DNA of 64,000 nucleotides from Obrimoposthia wandeli (Eukaryota). The notes beneath the pieces were generated by a model, which saw nothing but the letters and a program-made list of their open reading frames with translations, made no database searches and was not told the DNA's origin. Each line of letters starts with the position of its first letter. Within the stretch, counting starts at the first letter, position 1. The DNA is taken from assembly GCA_977020255.1 (NCBI GenBank), contig CDROCS010000253.1, positions 3,410,001-3,474,000 of the forward strand, written 5' to 3'. Below, piece after piece: positions 9,182 through 17,610 of this stretch. The translations under genes were made by a program, and so were the position numbers.

Positions 9182-9526
9182 GTGGCAATCAGTGAGTTTG
9201 AGATATTTAAAGTAGAGAAAGCAGCAAAGCAATTCTGCGAGGATAAGAATAAGCCTTTTCCCCCAGAACAACTCTATATTGATTATAGAATGGAAGAGCA
9301 AATATTGTACTTTTTGGAGGTTCGCCCAAAGTGGGATGACCCGACTAAAAAGACTGAAATATTAGTTGCTAAATTCATGTATATTAAAAAAGATAATGTT
9401 TGGAAGTTATACTGGCCTCGTCAAAATTCGAAGTGGCAACAATATGAACCTGATGGTATTAATCAACATCTAGACCCGTTGTTCAAAATCTTAAGTGAAG
9501 ACTTAAAAGGCTGTTTTTGGGGCTAA
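9182..9526 (+). CDS. DUF3024-like protein (cassette gene); GTG start
   Basis: (M)AISEFE..YRMEEQ...EVRP.W....AKF.Y.K....WKLYW.RQN.KW..Y; the listed 9104 start lies inside the attC. Confidence 0.75.
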   Translation: MAISEFEIFKVEKAAKQFCEDKNKPFPPEQLYIDYRMEEQILYFLEVRPKWDDPTKKTEILVAKFMYIKKDNVWKLYWPRQNSKWQQYEPDGINQHLDPLFKILSEDLKGCFWG

Positions 9527-9529
9527 AAC

Positions 9530-9567
9530 TCATAACAAGTCAATCAATAGGGAAAATTTACAGGAGA
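9530..9567 (+). repeat. Left half of attC-like site
   Basis: TCATAACAAGTCAATCAATAGGGAAAATTTACAG, joined directly to the RBS of the next gene. Confidence 0.7.
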
Positions 9568-9572
9568 GTTTA

Positions 9573-9908
9573 GTGCCACATTGCGTAGTTGAACATTCAT
9601 CAACCATAAATGCAGATGATTTAATACAAGTTGTATTTTCTGGTGCTTTAAAGTCCGAATTATTTCAAGCTGATGGAGGTGATATCAAGGTAAGAGCTTC
9701 GTCTTTTACTAGCCATCAATCAGGCAGTGGTAAAATAGACTTTGTACATGTTACTTTAAGAATACTTTCAGGGCGTAATATAGAGCAAAAATCAATGTTA
9801 TCTCAGTTAGTATTAGATCAGCTACAACAACTAAGCCTGGTTAATTGTTCATTAACTGTTGAAGTTGTAGATATAGATCGTGCCAGTTACGCAAAGGTCG
9901 TATTGTAA
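9573..9908 (+). CDS. 5-carboxymethyl-2-hydroxymuconate isomerase (tautomerase) family
   Basis: N-terminal (M)PHCVVEHS with Pro-1; DIKVRA; FVHVTLRILSGR. Confidence 0.85.
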   Translation: MPHCVVEHSSTINADDLIQVVFSGALKSELFQADGGDIKVRASSFTSHQSGSGKIDFVHVTLRILSGRNIEQKSMLSQLVLDQLQQLSLVNCSLTVEVVDIDRASYAKVVL

Positions 9909-9909
9909 A

Positions 9910-10004
9910 CATAAGCTGCTCAAGCGGTACAAAAAATAGTTGATTTTTACTCATTCGTCGCTTATTTAGCCAACAATAATTTGCCCCTTAATGGGGCGTT
10001 GGTA
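9910..10004 (+). repeat. attC-like site
   Basis: CATAAG..CTCAAGCGGTACAAAAAATAGTTG...TTAGCCAACAATAATTTGCCCCTTAATGGGGCGTTGGT. Confidence 0.8.
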
Positions 10005-10025
10005 ACACCGAGGTTTTTTTGCAGT

Positions 10026-10445
10026 ATGAATATATTCTTAATTATTGCAGGTATTTTAAGTGCAGTTGTCGCCATTTTGCATATTGGTTGTATTTATTTT
10101 GGCGCTCCTTGGTATCGTTTTTTTGGCGCTGGCGAAGAAATGGCTGTACTTGCGGAACGCGGTAGTATTCAACCTACATTAATTACAAGTGCTATTGTAA
10201 TTGTTCTTTCTATTTGGTCGCTTTATGCATTTTCTGCGGCTGGTGTCATTGTTCGTTTACCTTTACTTCGTTTAGCTCTTATTCTAATCACTTCTATTTA
10301 TTTACTTCGCGGTGTGGCCGGTTTCTTTTTAGTTAGCTCTCCTATGGGGCGTTCCCCTGAGTTTTGGGTGTGGAGTTCATTGATTTGTTTAAGTTTTGGT
10401 ATTGTTCACCTAATTGGCTTAAAACAGCAATGGGCAAACTTATGA
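10026..10445 (+). CDS. Small membrane protein (cassette gene)
   Basis: 4 TM segments; ATG at 10026 after the attC (listed 9981 start is inside the attC). Confidence 0.75.
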   Translation: MNIFLIIAGILSAVVAILHIGCIYFGAPWYRFFGAGEEMAVLAERGSIQPTLITSAIVIVLSIWSLYAFSAAGVIVRLPLLRLALILITSIYLLRGVAGFFLVSSPMGRSPEFWVWSSLICLSFGIVHLIGLKQQWANL

Positions 10446-10510
10446 GTAAAAACAGTTAGTCGCAAACAGAAAATAACAAATTCCGAGAGAGTAGTGGTAA
10501 TGTCTGGTAT

Positions 10511-11650
10511 TTAATACCCGGTTATCTCGGCATAACCTTTACCAGTAAAACCTCCTGTTGCTTTAACACGGCCTTCCCAATAGGGAATAGTTAATTTATT
10601 GCGCGAGTCTTTAGTGATACTTTCAATAATAATGGCTGGCGTATTCGGTAATTCAACTTGCCATTTGCTCGGATAGTCGCGGTTATCTATGGTCACGGTT
10701 TCAACGACAGACAGCTTAATACTTTCTTTCGAAATATCAGTTGCTTCACCATTGGACGCTATGCGAGTACCGCGGCAATAATCATAACTTTGTCCGTCAT
10801 TTTGTTCTGCTTTTTGTTCGGCTCTTTTTTCGGCACTTCGAATACAAAACAACATCAGTGCTTGTTGTTCTGACTTTTCTGATTCGGAGTCGACTAGGCT
10901 AAACCAGTCCCAACCAAGTTGATTATTGTCGAGTAAACTGGCGGACCATTCTCTGTCATACCAGGCATTACCTGTCACTTTATAGGTTTTTCCGGCAAAA
11001 GTGAGACTGCCTTTTGCCTTTAAAAATGGATAGCTAAAATAATATGACGCATGACCACTTTGTGTTTTTTGGCTGTAACCGTTATCGCCATGTAATGTTC
11101 TTGGGCTGTCGCTTAGTGTTAATGCTACTTGGTAATTTTCATGTGCGGCAGCTAGCTTCAGCGGTAAAAAATCTTCATTGACACTGCTTAATTGCCAATT
11201 ATCAATGGCGGCATTAAACGGCGAGCTAGTCACCTTGGCTTGGCCCACTCGTGAAAAACGTTCAAACGCAACATGCGTTTGTTTGTGTTGCATAGCAAAG
11301 TGGGCAAAATAAAGATTGTTATCCCACCATTTTGATTCAACTTTACTCGGCATTAAGGTGCGAAATAGTGTCCATTGAACACCGAAGGTTTCACCGGTAT
11401 CACTTTGTAAATTAGCCGTTAAATACCACCATTCAATGCCTTGTTCAGCATGAATACCATGATCTTTGGGGAAAACTAATACAGTGTCTTTTGTTACGGG
11501 CTTACCATTGGCCATTTGCAATGCAGACGGTGTCGATTTCTGCTCTGTAGGCTGAAAAGCAGCCAGTACAAAAGCAAAGAACACAAAAGCACACAACACA
11601 AAAACCAACTTAGGCTGTAATAACATTTTCACTATTCGCTTATTCATCAC
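10511..11650 (-). CDS. AttH/CrtC-like lipocalin-fold protein
   Basis: FPKDHGIH..IEWWYLTANL, SYYFSYP, W.DREWS, GWDWFSL, YWEG motifs. Confidence 0.85.
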   Translation of the reverse strand: MMNKRIVKMLLQPKLVFVLCAFVFFAFVLAAFQPTEQKSTPSALQMANGKPVTKDTVLVFPKDHGIHAEQGIEWWYLTANLQSDTGETFGVQWTLFRTLMPSKVESKWWDNNLYFAHFAMQHKQTHVAFERFSRVGQAKVTSSPFNAAIDNWQLSSVNEDFLPLKLAAAHENYQVALTLSDSPRTLHGDNGYSQKTQSGHASYYFSYPFLKAKGSLTFAGKTYKVTGNAWYDREWSASLLDNNQLGWDWFSLVDSESEKSEQQALMLFCIRSAEKRAEQKAEQNDGQSYDYCRGTRIASNGEATDISKESIKLSVVETVTIDNRDYPSKWQVELPNTPAIIIESITKDSRNKLTIPYWEGRVKATGGFTGKGYAEITGY

Positions 11651-11654
11651 GTGA

Positions 11655-14081
11655 TCATAGCTCCTTGGCTTCTAAGTTGGTTAATTTTCGAATCGGTAAA
11701 TAAGCACATAAAACAGATACAGCAACCAACGTTAAACACATGATGAGTAAACTGGCTAAATCTAAACTAAAGTGAATGGTCCAGCCAAACGCAATGGGCA
11801 TAACAAATTTTAATAAGGCGAAGCCAAGAGCAAAGCCAAGCGGAATAGCAAATAATGCGGTAAATAACACGATACCACCGGTTTGTAGCAGCTTCATGGT
11901 TAATAATTGCTGTTGTGTTACCCCTAAGTTACGCAATATGGTTAATTGCTTTAATTGATTAACACTTAAACTTAACAGGCTGGTACATAAACTTAATAGT
12001 GCAATGGCGAGAATAAAACCATTAAGCGCTTTGGTAACGACAAAAGTATCGTCAAATAAGGCATTGGCTATTTGTTTAAAGCGTTTATTGGGCAAAATTA
12101 GTGTACTGTCTTGTTTGAACTCGTTAATTAAACGCTCGGTAAATACAGCAACGGTAGTATTACTTTTTAGGCTAATTGAATAACCAACATATTCCGTATT
12201 TAGCGCGGCTGTTTTTTGTCGTTTTTCCAAGGTAAGTAGCGACATACTTGGGTTACCATAATCATAAAAAAATCCTGTTATACGGCAGTTAAAATGCGTT
12301 ACGTTTTGTTCAAATACCGCTACGTCTCCTAAAGAGAAACCAAATTTAATTTTACTTTGTTCATTCGCCAAACAGCCTTTATTAGTGAAGTTTTTTTCAC
12401 TGATAGCTAAACCTGATGTAAGTGATATTTGCTGATAATGTGCAAAGTTTTCACCAAAGCTTGAAAGCTTTGCCGGCACATTATTTACCTTGCCCTCGCT
12501 TTTCATATAGATGCTTAGTTGTTCAACTTCAGGTAAGAGACTGAGTGTTTTTCTTAAATTTGGATCGATCTTATCTGAGCGTAAATAAATATCAGCACTC
12601 AGTTGTTTTTCAAGGTGGGCATTTAACGTAGTACTAAAGCTTTTCACCATAATTTGCATGCCTATGGCACTACCCAGGGCGACTAAAATAGCAATAATGG
12701 CAATATGTAAGTCTTTTATGTGGAATCGCGTATCGGCATGTAACCACTGGATTAACGGATTAGTTAGTGGAAAAGGTAATGCCACCAAAGCCGATAGCGC
12801 TTTGGGCACAAGTAAAATAAACAACATCAACAGGGTAAAACACAGCAGTAACGCTTGGTATTCGCTAGTCGCGTAATTGAGTAGCCAAATTAACCCCACC
12901 AATGTACTCGCCAATAAGCCGTAAAACATAAATTGCCCTTTATTGGCGACTTGCTTGGCTTGTGTTAATAATATTACCGCTAGCGCAGATATATTAAGTG
13001 AAAAACCCAATAAAACATTTGTCCATTGCCAATGAATAACCAGCGCTTTATCAAGTTGATACAAACCTACTAAGGTGCGATTTACATCAAGTACGAGGCC
13101 ATTAGCAATGAAATAGCCGCCTAATGTTCCTATAATCGCGGTACAAATACTCACCATAACGAGTTCAATAGTAAGGCTAAGTTGAATACTTCGCTTGGTG
13201 CAGCCCAATAATTGCATTTGCTTTAATAGTTTTTGTCGTGCAGTTAGGGTGAGTTTTATCGCGTTAAAGCTCAAAAATGCCGCAACAATATAGCCAAGCA
13301 TGGCAAGTGCGGTAAGATTAAAAAAGAACGCTTGTGACAATACATCAAACGATTGTTGTTCGGCATCAATGAGCTGTGCTTGCCCCGCAATCAACTGTTT
13401 TATTTGAACTAATTGCTGTTCGGTAACGTGTGATAGCTCAATAAAGCTAAGTTGTCCTTTAGCCTTTAATAAATAATCAGCATGGGCAATGTCGGTAATT
13501 GCCCAAAGTCCAATACCATCCGTTAAACTAATGTCTGGTTGATGTTGGCCATTCGGCAGAACAAATGGTACTTGGCTGCCCGTTGTTGTGTAAATTCGAT
13601 CAGCAAATTGCGCGTCTACTAACAAGGTAGACAGGGAAAAGCGCGAGGGCGTTTCATTGTTGTTTTTATCACTTTGTTTGTATTGGGTATTATTTAGCTG
13701 TAAATGATTCAACCATAACAAGGTGTCTACACCTTGTATGGCTAGCGTTTTTCCTTCATTGGTTTTTAATCGACCGCGTAAAACAGGCTGTGCATTTATA
13801 AAGCCATGGCGTCGTAAATTTATCCATAGATCACCATCAATAGTCTGTTTTCCCGTGAGTGGTTTAATTAAATGCGTGACGGGGTTATTGATTAATGCTG
13901 AGGAATGTTGATAGCGTGTTTTTGCTTCTTGATTAAGCCCAGAAATTGCGGTTAATAGCGCGCTACCTAAACTAAACCCTAAAATAAATAATGCCATCAA
14001 CCAAGGATGTCGTCGATAAAACGCTATATGAGTCGTTAAAATCAGTTTAATTTCATTGGTCGAATTAGTCAAAGTGGCCAT
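11655..14081 (-). CDS. ABC transporter permease, FtsX/MacB-like (AttFG-like)
   Basis: Two FtsX-type TM blocks each with a periplasmic domain. Confidence 0.85.
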   Translation of the reverse strand: MATLTNSTNEIKLILTTHIAFYRRHPWLMALFILGFSLGSALLTAISGLNQEAKTRYQHSSALINNPVTHLIKPLTGKQTIDGDLWINLRRHGFINAQPVLRGRLKTNEGKTLAIQGVDTLLWLNHLQLNNTQYKQSDKNNNETPSRFSLSTLLVDAQFADRIYTTTGSQVPFVLPNGQHQPDISLTDGIGLWAITDIAHADYLLKAKGQLSFIELSHVTEQQLVQIKQLIAGQAQLIDAEQQSFDVLSQAFFFNLTALAMLGYIVAAFLSFNAIKLTLTARQKLLKQMQLLGCTKRSIQLSLTIELVMVSICTAIIGTLGGYFIANGLVLDVNRTLVGLYQLDKALVIHWQWTNVLLGFSLNISALAVILLTQAKQVANKGQFMFYGLLASTLVGLIWLLNYATSEYQALLLCFTLLMLFILLVPKALSALVALPFPLTNPLIQWLHADTRFHIKDLHIAIIAILVALGSAIGMQIMVKSFSTTLNAHLEKQLSADIYLRSDKIDPNLRKTLSLLPEVEQLSIYMKSEGKVNNVPAKLSSFGENFAHYQQISLTSGLAISEKNFTNKGCLANEQSKIKFGFSLGDVAVFEQNVTHFNCRITGFFYDYGNPSMSLLTLEKRQKTAALNTEYVGYSISLKSNTTVAVFTERLINEFKQDSTLILPNKRFKQIANALFDDTFVVTKALNGFILAIALLSLCTSLLSLSVNQLKQLTILRNLGVTQQQLLTMKLLQTGGIVLFTALFAIPLGFALGFALLKFVMPIAFGWTIHFSLDLASLLIMCLTLVAVSVLCAYLPIRKLTNLEAKEL

Positions 14082-14718
14082 CTCTTAGCACGTTAACTTG
14101 ATCAAAATAATCCGTTAATTGATGACTATGAGTCACCATGACTAGGTTGATTTGTCGCTCACTACATAACTCGGTAAGTAGTTTTACCACTTGGTGTGAA
14201 CGCTTTTGATCTAAGTTTCCGGTAGGCTCATCGGCAAAAATGATCTGAGGTTTATTCAGTAAGGCTCTGGCGATACCGACTCTTTGTTGTTCACCACCAG
14301 ATAGTTGATGAGGTAAGGCATTAAGCTTGTTTTGTAGCCCTAATTCTTTGACGAGAGGATCAAATTCACTCGCCGCTTGCCCTGGAAAGTTTAACTTGTA
14401 CTGAAATAAGATATTTTGCTGTACGGTTAGGCAATCAAGCAATTGGTAATGCTGAAATATTAGCCCGATTTTACGGCGATAAAGCGCGAGTTCTCGCTCA
14501 TTAAGCGATGAAAGCTCTTGGTTATTAACACTGACTGAACCGCTATCTGCTTGCAGCAGGCCGGCTAGAATGTGCAAAAAGGTGGTTTTACCTGAGCCAC
14601 TATCACCAAGCAATGCAAGATGCTGTGCTGCGGGTACAAACAAATTAAGCTTATTTAAAATGTTTTGTTTGTTATCGCCATCATTACGGATAAAACACAA
14701 ATCTTTTACTTCAATCAC
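14065..14718 (-). CDS. ABC transporter ATP-binding protein (LolD/AttE-like)
   Basis: GDSGSGKT, LSGGEQQRV, ADEPTGNLD. Confidence 0.95.
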   Translation of the reverse strand: MIEVKDLCFIRNDGDNKQNILNKLNLFVPAAQHLALLGDSGSGKTTFLHILAGLLQADSGSVSVNNQELSSLNERELALYRRKIGLIFQHYQLLDCLTVQQNILFQYKLNFPGQAASEFDPLVKELGLQNKLNALPHQLSGGEQQRVGIARALLNKPQIIFADEPTGNLDQKRSHQVVKLLTELCSERQINLVMVTHSHQLTDYFDQVNVLRDGHFD

Positions 14719-14749
14719 GGCAACTCCTTGTTAGCATATGGCATTTTAG

Positions 14750-14893
14750 CGTGAAAGTGGCCGTTATGTCATTAAAGTTAATGCAGACAGCATCGTAAAT
14801 CGTTCGGCTGTTATTGTTGGTAAAGGAAATAAAGAACAGGTTCCGATAACCGGCTTACTTAAACACGGTGATAGTGTCGTTATAAGAGGAGCA
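14750..14893 (+). pseudogene. C-terminal remnant resembling an RND membrane-fusion protein
   Basis: RESGRYVIKVNADSIVNRSAVIVGKGNKEQVPITGLLKHGDSVVIRGA, no start codon. Confidence 0.45.
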
Positions 14894-15037
14894 GGGCACA
14901 TTAGCTCTTTTATTAGAACAAATGAAACGTATTACAGAGAAGTCTCCATAATAAACGGTTAGCTTTTGTTACATATTGCAGTAGTTAACAACTATTCTTT
15001 TGTGTTAACTTGAATTTTTCTTTTCAAGGATAGAACC

Positions 15038-15682
15038 ATGAATAATTTACAAAGAATAGGTGGCATTGCAGCACTTTGTGAGGCCGCTATTTACATATAT
15101 GCTTTTGTATTTTTTGGCGCGTTTTGGGATTACCCTGTAAGTGCGGATGATGTACAAAAATTTATTTTTTTAACTAATAACCAGGTGATTTTGTCGATAG
15201 TTAATTTAACTATGTATGTCGCCTTTGGTCTTTTTTTGACTGTATTAGTTTTAGCGCTCCATGAACGAATGAAAAACAAAGCCCCTGTTTTATCACAATT
15301 GGCTTCGGTTTTCGGTATTGTTTGGGTTGGACTCGTCATCGCGAGTGGAATGATTGCAAATGTAGGGTTAGATGCTGTAATCGATTTATCTGCTAAAAAC
15401 GCAGAACAAGCAATGGCTCTTTGGGTAGTTATTAATACTATCGTTGAAGGGTTAGGCGGAGGTAACGAAGTTGTCGGAGGTTTATGGGTTCTTTTATTGA
15501 GTGTTGCAGGCTTAAAAGTTCTTGAACTTCCTAAATTGTTAAACTGTTTAGGATTATTTATTGGGTCTGTTGGTATTTTCACTATTTATCCTGCTGAAAT
15601 ACTGACAGAAATATTTGGCTTAGGTCAAATAATATGGTTTTCTTGGTTAGGTATAGCTCTGTTAATTAGTCGTCAAAGCTAA
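15038..15682 (+). CDS. DUF4386-like membrane protein
   Basis: Multi-TM, GLGGGNEVVGGLWVLL motif. Confidence 0.75.
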   Translation: MNNLQRIGGIAALCEAAIYIYAFVFFGAFWDYPVSADDVQKFIFLTNNQVILSIVNLTMYVAFGLFLTVLVLALHERMKNKAPVLSQLASVFGIVWVGLVIASGMIANVGLDAVIDLSAKNAEQAMALWVVINTIVEGLGGGNEVVGGLWVLLLSVAGLKVLELPKLLNCLGLFIGSVGIFTIYPAEILTEIFGLGQIIWFSWLGIALLISRQS

Positions 15683-15901
15683 CAAGAAAACGAAGATGAA
15701 AAGGGCGCATTAGAAAACCGTTACGACTTTAAATTAATCGACTCTATCACCGCAGCACAACGTATAGATGCTTGGCCGTCTTGTTGTGTATTCGTCAATT
15801 TCAACAAATTCAATTCGATACTGCATAATTAAGATTTTTTCTTATTCATACAATACTATTAACCGCTTATTGTTATGTTATGTCGAAGAGGAGCTAACTA
15901 G

Positions 15902-16477
15902 ATGCCTGAACCAGATCCATTGAAAATAATGACATTTGCAACACCGAAAGATCTCTGTGAGTGGCTTAAGGTGAATAATGCAACTGAAAGTGAGCTTTGG
16001 GTAAAGATATTCAAGAAAAATACTGGAATTCAAAGTGTGACCTGGAATGATGTTGTAATAGAGGTTTTATGCTGGGGTTGGATTGACGGTGTTAAGAAGT
16101 CAATTGATGAACTAACCTATCTTCAGCGCATTACTCCCAGAAGAGCCAGAAGTAACTGGTCTAAAAGGAACACGGAGCATATTGAACGTTTAATAAGTGA
16201 AGACCGGATGATGGAATCAGGGCTTGTGCATGTTCGTGCAGCGAAAGCTGACGGTCGCTGGGAAAAAGCCTATGTGGTAAGTGAAATGGAAGTGCCCGCA
16301 GATTTCGTAGCCGCAGTTGAAAGCCAGCCGAGAGTGAAAGCGTTTTTTGAAACGCTAAATAAATCGAATCGTTATGCTATAGCTTACGGATTGATAAGTG
16401 CGAAGAAACCCGAAACCAGGCTAAGGCGGTTTGAAAAATTCATGAACATGCTTTTTCACGAAGAAAAGCCTAAATAA
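15902..16477 (+). CDS. YdeI/OmpD-associated family protein
   Basis: LCWGWIDG, ITPRRARSNWS.RN, AKKPETRLRR motifs. Confidence 0.9.
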   Translation: MPEPDPLKIMTFATPKDLCEWLKVNNATESELWVKIFKKNTGIQSVTWNDVVIEVLCWGWIDGVKKSIDELTYLQRITPRRARSNWSKRNTEHIERLISEDRMMESGLVHVRAAKADGRWEKAYVVSEMEVPADFVAAVESQPRVKAFFETLNKSNRYAIAYGLISAKKPETRLRRFEKFMNMLFHEEKPK

Positions 16478-16513
16478 AATTAGGTATTCAAATCATCTGC
16501 TGTCCTTTTTTAA

Positions 16514-17023
16514 CTACTTGTATTTATGTAATATCTTTTTAGGAATATGACAATAATCATTTGGGAAGCGAGTTAATCTTTCTTGGTGTTCCTCATCGCT
16601 TTTCACATAGTTTAGCAATGGAAAAATTTCCACTACAACCTTATCTGCATCCTCACGGCGCGTAATATACTCAATAGCCGTTTGGAGGTGGCTGCTTTGT
16701 TTACTGTATATTCCCGTTCGGTATTTCTTACCAACATCTTCGCCTTGTTTATTGATGCTGTAAGGGTCAATTATTTCAAAAAAGTAACCGATAAGCTCAA
16801 TAACATTAACCGCGTTTGGGGAGAAAATTACTTTTACACACTCCGCATAGCCATCATAACTACTCTTGGTTGTATCGGTTAAGCCATTAGCGCGACCTGC
16901 TTCTGTTGCAACAACGCCAGGTAGGTGCTTAATAAATTCTTGCACGCCCCAAAGGCAGCCGCCAGCAAAATAAATAATCTCTTGTTCGTGGTCATCATTT
17001 TTATTATGTTGTTGTGTTTTCAT
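16514..17023 (-). CDS. msrA: Peptide-methionine (S)-S-oxide reductase
   Basis: YFAGGCLWGVQ, YAECV, IDPYSINKQGEDVG..YRTGIY, EEHQ, YCHI. Confidence 0.9.
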   Translation of the reverse strand: MKTQQHNKNDDHEQEIIYFAGGCLWGVQEFIKHLPGVVATEAGRANGLTDTTKSSYDGYAECVKVIFSPNAVNVIELIGYFFEIIDPYSINKQGEDVGKKYRTGIYSKQSSHLQTAIEYITRREDADKVVVEIFPLLNYVKSDEEHQERLTRFPNDYCHIPKKILHKYK

Positions 17024-17149
17024 ATGTGCTCTTACAAAACCTATTAATTCTAAGGAATTAAGTTTTATGCGTTATTTTATTGATTACTGTCATAGTGAAT
17101 AAACCGTAATAGCTCTGTTCAATATATCTTCAGTAGTAAACCATTATCT

Positions 17150-17168
17150 ATTGAGAATTGTTATCATG
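17150..17168. promoter_or_regulatory. Fur box
   Basis: TGAGAAT-T-GTTATCA, 12/14 to the 7-1-7 Fur consensus; TATAAT at 17192. Confidence 0.6.
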
Positions 17169-17271
17169 TGTAATATTTTACCCGCTAAGATATAATGTTG
17201 ATTAACGTAACGATTACTGCCTTTCAACTGAACCCTGCCTATCATACGATATATTCGTGTAGTTGTTCTTA

Positions 17272-17500
17272 TATACCCGTTCCACTTGAAGATGCAGGAT
17301 TCAGCTGGAATTAGAAACGCCTTTATGCAAGGCATTGATTGAAGAGAATGGTTGTTCCCTTCTCAAAATCAATAACGTAGCATAAAGCGTTTCTAAACCA
17401 GCCCTTTGGGGATGTCTGAGCAAATCATGCGCTTCGTTGCATCTATTTTTAAGGGAATAACCCTTAATAAAAAGATGCGCCTTGAGCTGAAACTCGCATC
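17272..17500. mobile_element. ERIC-like MITE, right end truncated
   Basis: Starts TATACCCGTTCCACTTGAAGATGCAGG (ERIC-like terminus); nested hairpins 17304-17402 and 17439-17478; GATGCAGGATTCAGC is complementary to GCTGAAACTCGCATC. Confidence 0.7.
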
Positions 17501-17610
17501 TATGCCATTGTGCACAAATCTGCTAGCTGGTCATATGCTTTGCTGAGTGGAGGAGTGAAAAACAATCGTTTTTACAAATAGATAAAACAATGTAAATAGA
17601 GAACATAAAC

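Larger units (their letters stand above)
6189..10460 (+). mobile_element. Degenerate cluster of integron-like gene cassettes with attC-like sites and no adjacent intI (CALIN-like)
   Basis: Short co-oriented ORFs whose stops overlap or abut (Y)ATAAC-type boxes, separated by related 80-95 bp imperfect palindromes ending in GGCGTT. Confidence 0.8.

Noticed and set aside
6535-10004. Inter-gene repeats as CRISPR or REP
   Set aside because: They are separated by whole genes and have attC-type R/L box geometry
17272-17340. TPP or other riboswitch upstream of the TBDR (ATACCCG motif)
   Set aside because: Lacks the CTGAGA and other TPP core motifs; better explained as an ERIC-like MITE terminus
17572-17597. 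BirA operator before the TBDR (TTTACA-N14-TGTAAA)
   Set aside because: Half sites are in the opposite orientation to a BirA box (TGTAAAC...GTTTACA)
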